Of a stretch of DNA of 64,000 bases, positions 48,612-58,532 are shown one piece after another; the stretch's first letter is position 1; each line of letters opens with the position of its first letter. Position numbers and translations under genes: made by a program. The notes beneath the pieces were generated by a model. The model had not been told where the DNA came from. It did not search any database and saw nothing but the letters and a program-made list of their open reading frames with translations. Origin of the DNA: an uncultured bacterium (GTDB taxonomy: Bacteria; Patescibacteriota; Minisyncoccia; Phycocordibacterales; PALSA-1337); the NCBI GenBank assembly GCA_963848635.1, contig CAWKEA010000005.1, forward strand, positions 15,275 through 79,274. The letters are read 5' to 3'.

Positions 48612-49607
48612 TTACTGGAAAAAACCCAAAAACGTCATCGGGTCGATTGATACGCCTCGAATCCTGATAGTCAGGTGAAGATGCGGCCCTAGTGCATAGC
48701 CGGTGTCGCCGCTGAGACCTATTATTTGGCCCCGAGCCACCGCATCGCCGACATTGACGTCTATTCGAGACAGATGCATGTAAAAGGAAAGGATGCTGAG
48801 TCCATGATCTATAACAATCGTATTGCCATAAATGCCGAGATACTGCGCGTAAATGACCCTGCCAGTGTTTATAGCCATGACGGGCGTGCCTGTCGCCGCT
48901 TTGAAGTCTGTTCCTTTGTGGGGAATCGACAAGGATCCAGTCAGGCGGTCATAGCCATATGGATCAGTGACGATCGGATTGACGACAGGGAAATCGAATG
49001 GACCTGACCACAAAGCCTTGTCCGAGGCATGGAGACTATTGAGGACCGCATTGTCGGAAGCCATCGAGCTTTCGACATTCTGCTGGCCTTGCGGCGTGTT
49101 GCCGCCCAGCTTGTCTGGTATGCCAAGGGGTGCTGTCACATATGGCCGACCGACGACGGTAAGGGTTTTCTTCAAGATAAGATCAGTCGATGATCCTGCC
49201 ACATGAATGATGGCGCGGATGGCATATGCGCCGGGCGGATAATTGAGGTCGATGCCTACGAATGCGATCTGCTTATTCGATCCATAGCCCGTAGTGCGGA
49301 GCATAGTGCCGTCGAAAGTCAGACTTAATAATGTGCTCGACGCATTGTTTATGTTCGCAAGACGGATCAAAACCGGCTGGCCTTGGATCACACGATCAGA
49401 TGAAAGGGCAAGAACAGGCTGTAATATGACTTTGGAGGCGCTTTTCATTGTAGTACTGGAAGCAATCGAAGATACGTCTCTTTGATCCCCAGTGCCAACA
49501 TTCTTTTTTGGAAAAATAATTATAACTAATAAAAATAATAAGCAGATGATCGCAGCTGTCATAAGCCTAGGAAGATTTATATTTTGTCGATCCGAATTTT
49601 TTTTCAC
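48612..49607 (-). CDS. M23-family metallopeptidase (start codon uncertain)
   Basis: HKGTD, YGNTIVIDHG, YMHL and GPHLH; N-terminal TM. Confidence 0.88.
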   Translation of the reverse strand: MKKNSDRQNINLPRLMTAAIICLLFLLVIIIFPKKNVGTGDQRDVSSIASSTTMKSASKVILQPVLALSSDRVIQGQPVLIRLANINNASSTLLSLTFDGTMLRTTGYGSNKQIAFVGIDLNYPPGAYAIRAIIHVAGSSTDLILKKTLTVVGRPYVTAPLGIPDKLGGNTPQGQQNVESSMASDNAVLNSLHASDKALWSGPFDFPVVNPIVTDPYGYDRLTGSLSIPHKGTDFKAATGTPVMAINTGRVIYAQYLGIYGNTIVIDHGLSILSFYMHLSRIDVNVGDAVARGQIIGLSGDTGYALGPHLHLTIRIRGVSIDPMTFLGFFQ

Positions 49608-49675
49608 AACCACTAAATTGTAGCATAGGGCAGGGCAATCATTGATAATTAAAAAGGCCATCCCTTTATATCCTA

Positions 49676-49717
49676 TGTCGCACAATATAGATTGTTGGTA
49701 GGGTGTTTATATGCTGT
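49676..49717 (+). repeat. Direct repeat copy 1, Xer/dif-like 11-6-11 core
   Basis: TGTCGCACAA-TATAGA-TTGTTGGTAGGGTGTTTATATGCTGT; 36 of 42 identical to 51712-51753. Confidence 0.75.
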
Positions 49718-49731
49718 TGAGAGTGTTAGTG

Positions 49732-50130
49732 CTACGCGCTTATTATTATCTTTGAAATAGTAGACTTGATTCTTTTTTCGTAGCTTGATTCAAGTTTCTC
49801 AATCTCTGCGTAATACTCATCCCAAATCTTATTTCGTGCATCATAATCCGCACGATCAACCGTAGCTAATTTTTCGTCTAAAACTTTATCAAGCGAGTCT
49901 TCTTGTAATTTTATTTCTTTATCAAGCTCTGATGACAATGATTCAAAATCAGCAGTGGCTTTTTCGTATTTATCTCCATAAGTATTTATTTTTTCAATCA
50001 AAAAATCTTCAAAAACACCTTGTACTTCCGGAATAGATACTCCTTTATTTAACGCTTCAATCAACTGACGTTTTTTATCAGTTTCGATGAAAGAAATGTC
50101 TATATAATTAGCTAATTGGTCTTTATTCAT
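49732..50130 (-). CDS. Acidic helical hypothetical protein
   Basis: 132-aa AT-rich ORF 4 nt downstream of the upstream gene's stop. Confidence 0.7.
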   Translation of the reverse strand: MNKDQLANYIDISFIETDKKRQLIEALNKGVSIPEVQGVFEDFLIEKINTYGDKYEKATADFESLSSELDKEIKLQEDSLDKVLDEKLATVDRADYDARNKIWDEYYAEIEKLESSYEKRIKSTISKIIISA

Positions 50131-50134
50131 AAAA

Positions 50135-50980
50135 TTATGTTACGGCTTCCGCAAACGCATTTGCACCGCTCAAAGTTGTTCGCACAGTGTTAAACAAAAA
50201 CTTACCTCCTTTTGTAAGAGTCTTTGCGGCGTATTTGGTTCCTTCCCAACCAACTTTCGCGGCACCTGCGATACTTGGATCTCTGGCAAATCTATAGCCA
50301 GAACCCACAAAATCTCCGAGAGGCTTACCAAAAACGGTTTTTAATGTTTCGACACCGCTTTTCTTGAAACTTTCCATTGAATTGTCGAATTTTAATTTTG
50401 ATTCAAAACGGCGCTCATGTTTTTCAAACATATCATGTTCAAGTAGTGCTTGGCCTATATCCCCTCCCGAGTCTGGATCAAGAAGAGCTGACATTATATC
50501 GGGATTATTGGCTACCTTTGGATCATTGCGGAATTTTTCCAATAAAGCATCAAAGTTTTTTACCCCCTCGGCTGAATCTCTTAGTACAGCTTGTTTCGGC
50601 TTCTTTTTGTAATTTTGCTGATAATATTGCTCGACTGCTTGTTGATCTTGGGGTGTCGTGTTTACAAATTGTTTTGGTTGAGTCAAGGCTCTTTGTTTAG
50701 CGGTTTTCTTTAACATATCGATGCCCGCACCACCGGTAAGTTCTCTCAATGCGGCTTCAAACGATTTCATGCCTCCAGATCCTCGTTCAAATGCTTTGCG
50801 TGAACCGACCTCGTTTTTGGCGTATTGAAGGTACTCCATAAAAACCCTTTTTTGAGCTTGATCGGGCGGTATATTGTATTTTTGGGCATAAGCTTGAATC
50901 TTCTCTTTAAATTGAGAACCCTCGTCCGTTCCGATGATTTTTTTGCCCAAATCCTTTATGGCTTCAAACGATTTACTCAT
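50135..50980 (-). CDS. Helical hypothetical protein with Gly/Ala-rich amphipathic C-terminus
   Basis: 281-aa AT-rich ORF; TATAAT 7 nt upstream of the ATG. Confidence 0.7.
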   Translation of the reverse strand: MSKSFEAIKDLGKKIIGTDEGSQFKEKIQAYAQKYNIPPDQAQKRVFMEYLQYAKNEVGSRKAFERGSGGMKSFEAALRELTGGAGIDMLKKTAKQRALTQPKQFVNTTPQDQQAVEQYYQQNYKKKPKQAVLRDSAEGVKNFDALLEKFRNDPKVANNPDIMSALLDPDSGGDIGQALLEHDMFEKHERRFESKLKFDNSMESFKKSGVETLKTVFGKPLGDFVGSGYRFARDPSIAGAAKVGWEGTKYAAKTLTKGGKFLFNTVRTTLSGANAFAEAVT

Positions 50981-51094
50981 AGGGTAAATTATAGCTACTT
51001 TAGAGATATTAGCAACAATAAGCACGCTGGTCGTTTTAGATTATAAATGTTAATATTTGTAGTATTAATAAGTAGTGAAAATATATTTAATAAT

Positions 51095-51262
51095 ATGAGA
51101 AATATTAATTTTGAAACACCGAGTCCTGAAGTTAAAGAAGCGACTGAAAAAGCAGAAAAAGAACGCGAGGAGGAACATGTAAAGAATCGAATGGGAAGCA
51201 TTCTCGTTGAGAAAGACGGTAAGCTTAAGAGGCTCGATGGTAAGGAAATTGAGGAGAAATAA
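51095..51262 (+). CDS. Small charged hypothetical protein
   Basis: 55-aa Glu/Lys-rich ORF followed by the hairpin GCGAGTAG-ttgtgag-CTACTCGC. Confidence 0.5.
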   Translation: MRNINFETPSPEVKEATEKAEKEREEEHVKNRMGSILVEKDGKLKRLDGKEIEEK

Positions 51263-51314
51263 TTCTTTTATATAAAAATTAAGCGAGTAGTTGTGAGCTA
51301 CTCGCAAATAGGGG

Positions 51315-51569
51315 TTAAGGTTTTTGTTTTTTCTTCTTTTGGCCGCACGCTTCTGACAGGCCATGGAAGATGTCCGCGAGGATTTTGAATATGTGCATCA
51401 GAATCCACCGCACGATACTTGTGAGTTGTTTAAACTCCCAAGCGACTATTTTGTTTGCCTTGTCCGCTTTGCCTCCGCCAACGATCAAGCCTATTCCATA
51501 CGACATGACCATGATGACTAAGACGAAGCTGATAAGCTGCGCAAAGAACTGACCAAATGTAGTGTTCAT
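51315..51569 (-). CDS. Small membrane protein
   Basis: 84 aa, N-terminal TM, basic tail; TGCTATACT upstream. Confidence 0.6.
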   Translation of the reverse strand: MNTTFGQFFAQLISFVLVIMVMSYGIGLIVGGGKADKANKIVAWEFKQLTSIVRWILMHIFKILADIFHGLSEACGQKKKKQKP

Positions 51570-51711
51570 CTGCCACAGAGTATAGCACAGCTTTGTTTTT
51601 AAGTCAAGACCTTGAAAATCAACTTTTTACTTATCCCCCACTCCCCCATTGACGTATAAGAAAAACTGTACGACACTGGAATACATAGGACTTATCTTGT
51701 TATTCTGGCGT

Positions 51712-51753
51712 TGTCACACAAGTATGATTGTTGGTAAGGTGTTTATATGCTGT
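51712..51753 (+). repeat. Direct repeat copy 2, Xer/dif-like core
   Basis: TGTCACACAA-GTATGA-TTGTTGGTAAGGTGTTTATATGCTGT. Confidence 0.75.
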
Positions 51754-52172
51754 ACAGACGTATTTATATAATAGAAAATCCCGGTCTGTGGTAAGGCCGG
51801 GATTTGAACAAATATTGACATTCATTGTCGTGGTCAGGGAAAAATGGCAAAGCCCTTTGATCTTACTCTATGAATAATCTTTGTCTTGTATTCAACTGCA
51901 AACCATAAACGGTCTTTCGAGGCGATTAAGTTCTTTAATTTAAAGTCCGTAGGAAATGCATCTTGTGAGCCAGTCTGGCCATGGATATAGACAGGTTCTC
52001 CTTCATAGGCAACGGTTTGACCATAATCGTCATCCACATACGTTTGCCTCGATACTCTATATCGAGTGTCGGAGCACTTGGAATATATCCAGCAAATAAT
52101 GTCGGCGCAATGAATTGATTGGCATCGCCACAGATAATGATGGAGTGAGGATCGATACCCCGTAAACATCCT

Positions 52173-52478
52173 TTATTGAGGACTAGGCAATTGATTACCG
52201 TTTGTATTTGGAATCGGCATCTGTCCGTTCTTGATATTTTCAAGATTGTTGAGAGCCGGCGTCCAGATGTCAGTGACGAAGATATTCCAAAGATATTCTG
52301 CCGGTGCCCGGAGATAGGTGTCCCAAATGTTCACTGCCCCTGTCCAAATATATGAAATGTTGTCCTGTGTCGTCGGATTCTGCACTGCCTGCCGCACGCT
52401 GATGCCGTAATAGCCGAGAACTATGAGGGCTATGAGGATGAGTATGAGCAATTTGATCAGGCCCCTGTTGCTTTTCAT
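52173..52478 (-). CDS. Small membrane-anchored hypothetical protein
   Basis: MKSNRG-LIKLLILILIALIVLGYYG; TATAAT upstream. Confidence 0.7.
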   Translation of the reverse strand: MKSNRGLIKLLILILIALIVLGYYGISVRQAVQNPTTQDNISYIWTGAVNIWDTYLRAPAEYLWNIFVTDIWTPALNNLENIKNGQMPIPNTNGNQLPSPQ

Positions 52479-52564
52479 GATACAACCATTATAGCTCGTT
52501 TCAATCTTATGTGTGCAAAAGTTATTCACAGGGCTATCTCAAAAAGGATCGGATTCTGCGCAAG

Positions 52565-54034
52565 CTATCGGATATTTTTCAAAGAGCTCCGGGCGATTTC
52601 GAGGCGCTTGAGCGTTTCTTCCTTGCCAAGTATCGAAGCGGAAACAAATGGATCAGGCGATTTGTCGCGGCCAGTCAGCGCAAAACGCATGGGCCAAAGG
52701 ACGTTTCCTTTGCCTTTTTCTTCCGCATATGGCCAAATCGCGTTCTTTATCTCTTCAGAAGAAAAACCCTTGAGCCCGGCCAGAGATTCGATGATTTTTT
52801 CAAGATGAAGGGAAGCGGCGGCGGCCGTGTCCCCTTTCCATGGCAGTTTCTTTGCGTCATAAGCAGACAGTTCAGTTACGAAGCCGAGCTCTCCCTCCCC
52901 TTTGAACATATTTGCGACATCTCCAAAGGTGTGAGCGCGATCACGGAAAACCGGCAGGGCTTTTTTTATCATATCATCGCTTGCAAAGACATCGGAGTCA
53001 TTCTCTAAGACTTTTTTCGCTTGATCGAGGTAATCCACATCGCTCAGCTTATTCATATATTGCTTGTTCATCCACTTGAGCTTTTCCTCATCGAACGATC
53101 CGCCGGCTTTTTGGACTTTTGACAGATCGAATGCGGCAATGATGTCATCCTGGGCCATAATTTCCCTATCGCCGCCCGGATTCCAGCCGATCAGCACGAG
53201 AAAATTGAAGAACGCCGCAGGCAGGTAGCCTTCGTGGGCATATTCGAGGACGTCTTTCGCGCCGTCGCGTTTGCCGAGCTTTTTTGTCCGATCGTCGCGA
53301 AGGATAGGAGGCAAGGTCGCGAAGGATGGCGGCCGTATGCCGAGAGCTTCGTACATGCTCAGGTAATTCGGGGTGCTCGAGATGAATTCGTCGCCGCGCA
53401 AGACATGCGTCACGCCCATGGCATCATCATCGATGATATGAGCGAAATTGTATGTAGGATACCCGTCGCTCTTGATGATGACAAAATCATCGAGTGCCTC
53501 TTCGCCCGCCTCGAGATCGCCACGCACGATATCATGCCAATGGTAGCGCTTTATCTCGGGCACCTTGAAACGGAGCGGTTTGGTGCCGTCCCATGCTGTG
53601 AATTTTTCCGGCCGATGGTCCCTAAAGAGAAATGCGGTCTTTGAAGCCTCCGCCTGCTTTCGAAAAGCCTCGACTTCCTCTTCCGTATAAGGATCGGGAT
53701 ATGCAAGACCTTTATCGATGAGGATTTGAGCGGCTTTCTTGAATGTGTCCAAGCGCTCTGATTGTATACATGAGCCAAAAGGACCCGGCTTGTCAGGGCC
53801 ATAATCCCAGTCGATACCGATCCATTTCAAGGATTCCTGGATGTGCTCTATCGATCCCGGGACTTCCCTTTTCTTGTCTGTGTCTTCGATGCGCAAGATG
53901 AAAGTGCCTTCGTTTTTCCTTGCCCATAACCATGCAAAAAGAGCCGTGCGGACGCCGCCGATGTGCATGAAACCAGTCGGTGAGGGCGCAAAGCGAGTGA
54001 CGACTTTATCTGAAGATGCAGACTTGTTCACCAT
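52565..54034 (-). CDS. gltX: Glutamate--tRNA ligase
   Basis: RFAPSPTG, HIGG, LRIEDTD and KLGKR. Confidence 0.96.
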   Translation of the reverse strand: MVNKSASSDKVVTRFAPSPTGFMHIGGVRTALFAWLWARKNEGTFILRIEDTDKKREVPGSIEHIQESLKWIGIDWDYGPDKPGPFGSCIQSERLDTFKKAAQILIDKGLAYPDPYTEEEVEAFRKQAEASKTAFLFRDHRPEKFTAWDGTKPLRFKVPEIKRYHWHDIVRGDLEAGEEALDDFVIIKSDGYPTYNFAHIIDDDAMGVTHVLRGDEFISSTPNYLSMYEALGIRPPSFATLPPILRDDRTKKLGKRDGAKDVLEYAHEGYLPAAFFNFLVLIGWNPGGDREIMAQDDIIAAFDLSKVQKAGGSFDEEKLKWMNKQYMNKLSDVDYLDQAKKVLENDSDVFASDDMIKKALPVFRDRAHTFGDVANMFKGEGELGFVTELSAYDAKKLPWKGDTAAAASLHLEKIIESLAGLKGFSSEEIKNAIWPYAEEKGKGNVLWPMRFALTGRDKSPDPFVSASILGKEETLKRLEIARSSLKNIR

Positions 54035-54177
54035 GCCAGTATAGCAAAAGGCACCAGAAAAATCGACCTAACAAGCCATATCTTACCCTCTTCAACCCTC
54101 ATTATTCTCAAACAAAAACCGACTCCAAGGCCGGTTTTTGTTTAATAAACTTTCTGATTGTAATGGCTTTGACTCGA

Positions 54178-54693
54178 TTATCCCTTTGTCTCTGGAACAT
54201 TCGCGAGAGCGTGGAACGTCTCTGTTATCGGACTTCCATGAGAATCGTTGATCAAGGAGTCCTTCGTTATGTCGAACTTTTGATTGCCAGCGGAATCCAA
54301 ATAGAGCGATGCATAGTAAAGTCCGCCATCAACGGTTGGAGACGAGAGGGTAACTTTGCCCGGATTTATGCCTGCGTCAAAATATTGCGTGCCAATGACT
54401 GCGCCCGGGGTGCCCCCATTGTCGCTCTGGATGACGACGAAGCCCGGCGACGCGAGACGTACGGACGAGATATAGACGACATTGCCAGGATATTGATCGG
54501 TAACGACGATGCTATTTGCTTCAGTCGAGGCGGGAGCCGTGGCGGAAGGCGTGCTCTCGCTCTGTGAGGCCTGATTGCTCGACGAGCCATTCTTGCTAAA
54601 AAGCCAATAACCCAAGATAACGATTATGACGATGACGATGATCGTTACCACCCACTGCCAAGGCTTGATCCCTGATGAATTGTCTGGTTGCAT
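54178..54693 (-). CDS. Membrane-anchored protein with extracellular beta domain
   Basis: TM helix, Ser/Thr/Pro linker and IVVTDQYPG...PGFVVI...YYASLYLD. Confidence 0.7.
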   Translation of the reverse strand: MQPDNSSGIKPWQWVVTIIVIVIIVILGYWLFSKNGSSSNQASQSESTPSATAPASTEANSIVVTDQYPGNVVYISSVRLASPGFVVIQSDNGGTPGAVIGTQYFDAGINPGKVTLSSPTVDGGLYYASLYLDSAGNQKFDITKDSLINDSHGSPITETFHALANVPETKG

Positions 54694-54758
54694 TTTTTTA
54701 AAGTGATTAAATATGCTGATAATTCGACTTATTAGAGTAATGCGTACAGTATACCATT

Positions 54759-55898
54759 TTAGGCTTCATGTTCAAGTGACAAGTCAAGTATGACTTCGGC
54801 TATCTTTGTGGCCGCATCCGGCTTGGCGAATCCAGCGGCGCTTTGGCTCATGAGCTCGCGGATCCGCGGGTTAGCCATGACCCTGTCTATTTCGGCCACG
54901 AGGATGTGAGAAGTGAGGTTATTCTCCTCGATGACGATGGCCGCGCCTGTTTTTGCGTAATCAAAGGCATTCGCAGTCTGGTCATGGCTGATCGATTCGG
55001 GCAAAGGGATGATGATTGATGGTTTCTTCCATAAAGCTATCTCGAATATGCTCGATCCCGCTCTCGAGACCACGATGTCAGCGGCGCCTGCCGACATGCG
55101 CATGGCCAGATCGTTCAAGTAATCAAAAGGATGATATCGGTAGCCGTACGCATTATCCTTTAGGATGGCTTTGGCGGTCTCCTTGACATCTTCGAAATTC
55201 TTGCGGCCGGTCTGATGGATGATCTGGTATCTTTTTATGAGCTCGGGCAGAGCGTCGAGTATCGTATCGTTTATCGATTGCGCGCCTTGAGATCCGCCGA
55301 TGACGAGGATGACAGGCGTTGCTTCCTCGAGGTTGAGGAATTCATGAGCGCCGTTCGTGAGCGGCGCGGCGACTTCTTTTCTGACAGGATTTCCTGTCAG
55401 AGCAACGACTGATTTTTCTGAGGCTTTCTTGAAATAATCAGCGGCTGAGGGGTACGAAACGGCTATCCTCTTTGCGAATTTCCCTGCCCAAGCATTGACT
55501 CGTCCAGGGCTCGAATCGGATTCATGGATGACGACCGGAATGCGAAGGATCCTGGCCGCGACCATGGCAGGAAAGCTCTCATAACCTCCCTTACCGAAGA
55601 CAATGTCGGGATATATGTTGTACATCTTTATGATGGCTAGAAATATGCCGCTTGCAGTCTTGAAGGAATCCGTGAAATTAAGCAAAGAAAAATATCGGCG
55701 GATCTTTCCAGCTGGCACATAGACGAACTCTATCTGGTGATCGAAGAGTGCCCGCGGATTATAGCGCTGTGCGGCCATGAAATACAGCTTCGGCTTGAGC
55801 AGGCGCTTCTCCACCACTTTGTCCTCGATGGCTTCTGCTACGGCTATGATCGGATAGAAATGCCCGCCTGTGCCGCCGCCGGTAAATAAGATTTTCAT
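54759..55898 (-). CDS. murG: Lipid II N-acetylglucosaminyltransferase
   Basis: GGGTGGH, GKGGY, GGSQGA, SRAG and HDQTANA. Confidence 0.95.
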   Translation of the reverse strand: MKILFTGGGTGGHFYPIIAVAEAIEDKVVEKRLLKPKLYFMAAQRYNPRALFDHQIEFVYVPAGKIRRYFSLLNFTDSFKTASGIFLAIIKMYNIYPDIVFGKGGYESFPAMVAARILRIPVVIHESDSSPGRVNAWAGKFAKRIAVSYPSAADYFKKASEKSVVALTGNPVRKEVAAPLTNGAHEFLNLEEATPVILVIGGSQGAQSINDTILDALPELIKRYQIIHQTGRKNFEDVKETAKAILKDNAYGYRYHPFDYLNDLAMRMSAGAADIVVSRAGSSIFEIALWKKPSIIIPLPESISHDQTANAFDYAKTGAAIVIEENNLTSHILVAEIDRVMANPRIRELMSQSAAGFAKPDAATKIAEVILDLSLEHEA

Positions 55899-55940
55899 GG
55901 AACAATTATAATACTATTTTCAAAATCGCACTATATGGGA

Positions 55941-57033
55941 TTACTTGGCATGTCTCGACACGTTAGCTACGATGCCGGAAGCGGACATAGCCAATATGAG
56001 GGCGGTCCCGCCATGTGAGACAAAAAGCAATGGGATGCCGAGACAATGGCACGAGACCTATCTCGGAAGCCATATTCATGAATGACTCGACGATCACCAG
56101 GATAGCGATGCCCGATACGAGCAGGCCGCCAAAGGCATCGGGCGCCCGCGCGGCTATGCGCAGACACATTATGGCGAAAAAAATGAACAATATGACGAGC
56201 ACGGTAGTGCCGGCAAAACCGAATTCCTCGCCGACGACCGCAAAAATAGAGTCGCCTACAGGCTCCGGCAGATAGCCGAATTTCTGTATGCTCTGGCCGT
56301 ATCCGCGTCCGAAAAGCCCTCCTGATCCAACGGCAATAAGAGACTGTTGAAGCTGGTAGCCTGCTCCCTGCGGATCGCTAGAAGGCGCGATATACGTCAT
56401 GATGCGTTCGCGAGCATACGGCCGGAACAATGCTACGAGGCCAACGACTGCGATGATCGCTAGGATGGCAACGCTGATGTGCCGCACTTTTCCGCCGGCT
56501 ATGATGAGCTGGCCAAGGCCTGTAACGAATATGATGACAAAGGTATCAGTATCGCGTTGAGACAAAAGCAACGCTCCTGTGACAGCCATAAGTATAAGGA
56601 ACGGCAAAAGACCTGACTTGAAATCCTTGATCCTGTCTTTTTTATGGGCCAGCCACGCGGCAAAATATATGATGAATGCGATCTTCAGGAATTCGGAAGG
56701 TTGGAACGTGACTGATCCGATATATATCCATCTCGACGCCCCGCCGTGAAAGAGAGATAGGTCAGGTATGAAAAGGACCAGATTGAGCAGTATCGCCGCC
56801 GCGAACAGATAAAATGCATAACGGCGGAAAAATGTATAGTTGATCTTTGAAAAGACGTAAAATGCCGCGAGACCGATGATGAGGCCGACCGCTTGGGTGA
56901 ACAAGACGGATTTTGTCGTCGGGCCGGTTTCCGTCAAGAGACCGAGCGATGCGGAAGAAAAGATGAAAAAACCGGCGAACGCGAGCACAAGCACGAGAAT
57001 CAAGTACGATTTTTCAATTGGAGCACGGGACAT
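55941..57033 (-). CDS. ftsW: FtsW/RodA SEDS protein, single-base frameshift near 56040
   Basis: RWI...FQPSEFLK, GYQLQQS and LPEP..DSIF. The end GIPLLFVSHGGTA is in the adjacent frame. Confidence 0.9.
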
Positions 57034-57115
57034 GAGTCTATAATAGCATAAAAGAATTTCTAACTGATCTGATTACAAAAAGTTTCTCCGGCAAATTAGG
57101 TAATTCGAAATCAGG

Positions 57116-57688
57116 CTAATCAACCTGATCTGGTTTCTCTGAAACCCCGTTCGTCTGCTTGAATGATTCGATGTCTTTTCTCACGGCTTCATATTCCGGC
57201 AGATCGGCGGCTTTCGATATTCCGAGATGAGATAGGAGGTCAAGAGTCGTCTTATAGAGAAAGCTCCGTGCATCGTCCGGATTGTCCGCCCGCTCAACAA
57301 GGCCTCGGATGAGAAGCGACCGCACTATGAACTGAGAATTGACGCCGCGGATGTAGTCGATGTCCGCCCGCGATATGGGACCTTGATACAACACGATGGA
57401 GAGAGTCTCCAGGCCTGCTTTGCCGAGATCTCTCGTCAATTCATCCTTTGCAAGCTGTTCGATGAGATGCGAAAGCTCTTTTGCAGTGCCGAGCATGATA
57501 TCCTCGTCCGTCTGGACGAGCGTCACTCCCCTGCCGACAAGGCTTTTTTCGAGCTCGGCAACGCCGGCTCTGACTTCAGGCTCGGATATCTTCGTCGAAT
57601 CAGTCGAAAGCAGAGAAGCGAGCTTTTTTATGCTGACAGGCTCAGCTTTCCAAAAAAGGATAGCTTCTATTTTCGCGCTTAGGTTCAT
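57116..57688 (-). CDS. scpB: SMC-Scp complex subunit ScpB
   Basis: IEAILF, LETLSIVLYQGPISRADIDYIRGVNS and LYKTT. Confidence 0.93.
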   Translation of the reverse strand: MNLSAKIEAILFWKAEPVSIKKLASLLSTDSTKISEPEVRAGVAELEKSLVGRGVTLVQTDEDIMLGTAKELSHLIEQLAKDELTRDLGKAGLETLSIVLYQGPISRADIDYIRGVNSQFIVRSLLIRGLVERADNPDDARSFLYKTTLDLLSHLGISKAADLPEYEAVRKDIESFKQTNGVSEKPDQVD

Positions 57689-57798
57689 ATGATGATTATA
57701 GTAAAAAGATGGCTATAAAGGAAGCGCTAAAAAATCGTCTAAGAAGACTTATTCTTGCAGTGCGCGCAGATCAAAAAAGAGGCTGTTGTATGAAGGCG

Positions 57799-58518
57799 TC
57801 AATACCGTGGCACGCCGACTTCCTTTGTCTCCATCTGGATGTCGCCAAAATTCGATTCCTGCGTCACATTTACGACGCCCTGCTTGACTAATTCGAGCAT
57901 CGCGAGAAAACTGACGATGAAATTGACCCTGTCGCCTTTGTGCTCGCCGGCAAAATCCTTGAAGCTCATGCGGAGCTGTGTCTGTATCCGTTGCGTGAGA
58001 TCGCCTATCATATCCTCGAGGCTTACGACCTTTTTGACCATGACTTCCGGTAGTCTCTCTTTTTTCGGCAGACGCTTGATGAGATCTTGGAGCGACGACA
58101 AAACTCTTTCAAGGGTGAAATCCGGCGACGGCGCAAAGACGGGCTCCATCCTTCTTGCCTTCTGGGGAAATATCATCATGTCGCCGAAAATCTTTTCGAT
58201 CTGCGCGCTCGCATCCTTTATCCTCTTGTAGATCTTGAGCCTCGTTTCGAGGTCATGAATGTCGCCTTGCTCCTCCTCTGTAAGGTTCAATTGAGGCAAG
58301 AGGGAGCGTGATTTGATGAGGAGGAGCGTGGAAGCGATCAATATGAAATGGGCGGATTCTCCCATCGGCAGATTCTCGAACTGCTGGATATGCGCTATGA
58401 AATCATCGGTGACCTTTGAGAGCGACAGGTCGTTTATGAAAAATTTCCTCTTCTCGATGAGGTCGAGGAGAAGGTCGAGCGGCCCTTCAAAATTGTTCGT
58501 TTTAATGGTGAATGGCAC
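57799..58518 (-). CDS. scpA: Segregation/condensation protein ScpA
   Basis: FEGPLDLLLDLI, LLLIKSRSLLP and FLAMLELVK. Confidence 0.93.
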   Translation of the reverse strand: MPFTIKTNNFEGPLDLLLDLIEKRKFFINDLSLSKVTDDFIAHIQQFENLPMGESAHFILIASTLLLIKSRSLLPQLNLTEEEQGDIHDLETRLKIYKRIKDASAQIEKIFGDMMIFPQKARRMEPVFAPSPDFTLERVLSSLQDLIKRLPKKERLPEVMVKKVVSLEDMIGDLTQRIQTQLRMSFKDFAGEHKGDRVNFIVSFLAMLELVKQGVVNVTQESNFGDIQMETKEVGVPRY

Positions 58519-58532
58519 GGCAGTGGCAAAAG

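Noticed and set aside
51834-52243. Two overlapping minus-strand ORFs (111 and 102 aa)
   Set aside because: No recognisable motif and unclear starts. Possibly a frameshifted remnant, but I cannot support a call.
57053-57115. Fifth periodic inverted-repeat spacer between scpB and ftsW
   Set aside because: Pairing and periodicity are too weak to support by eye.
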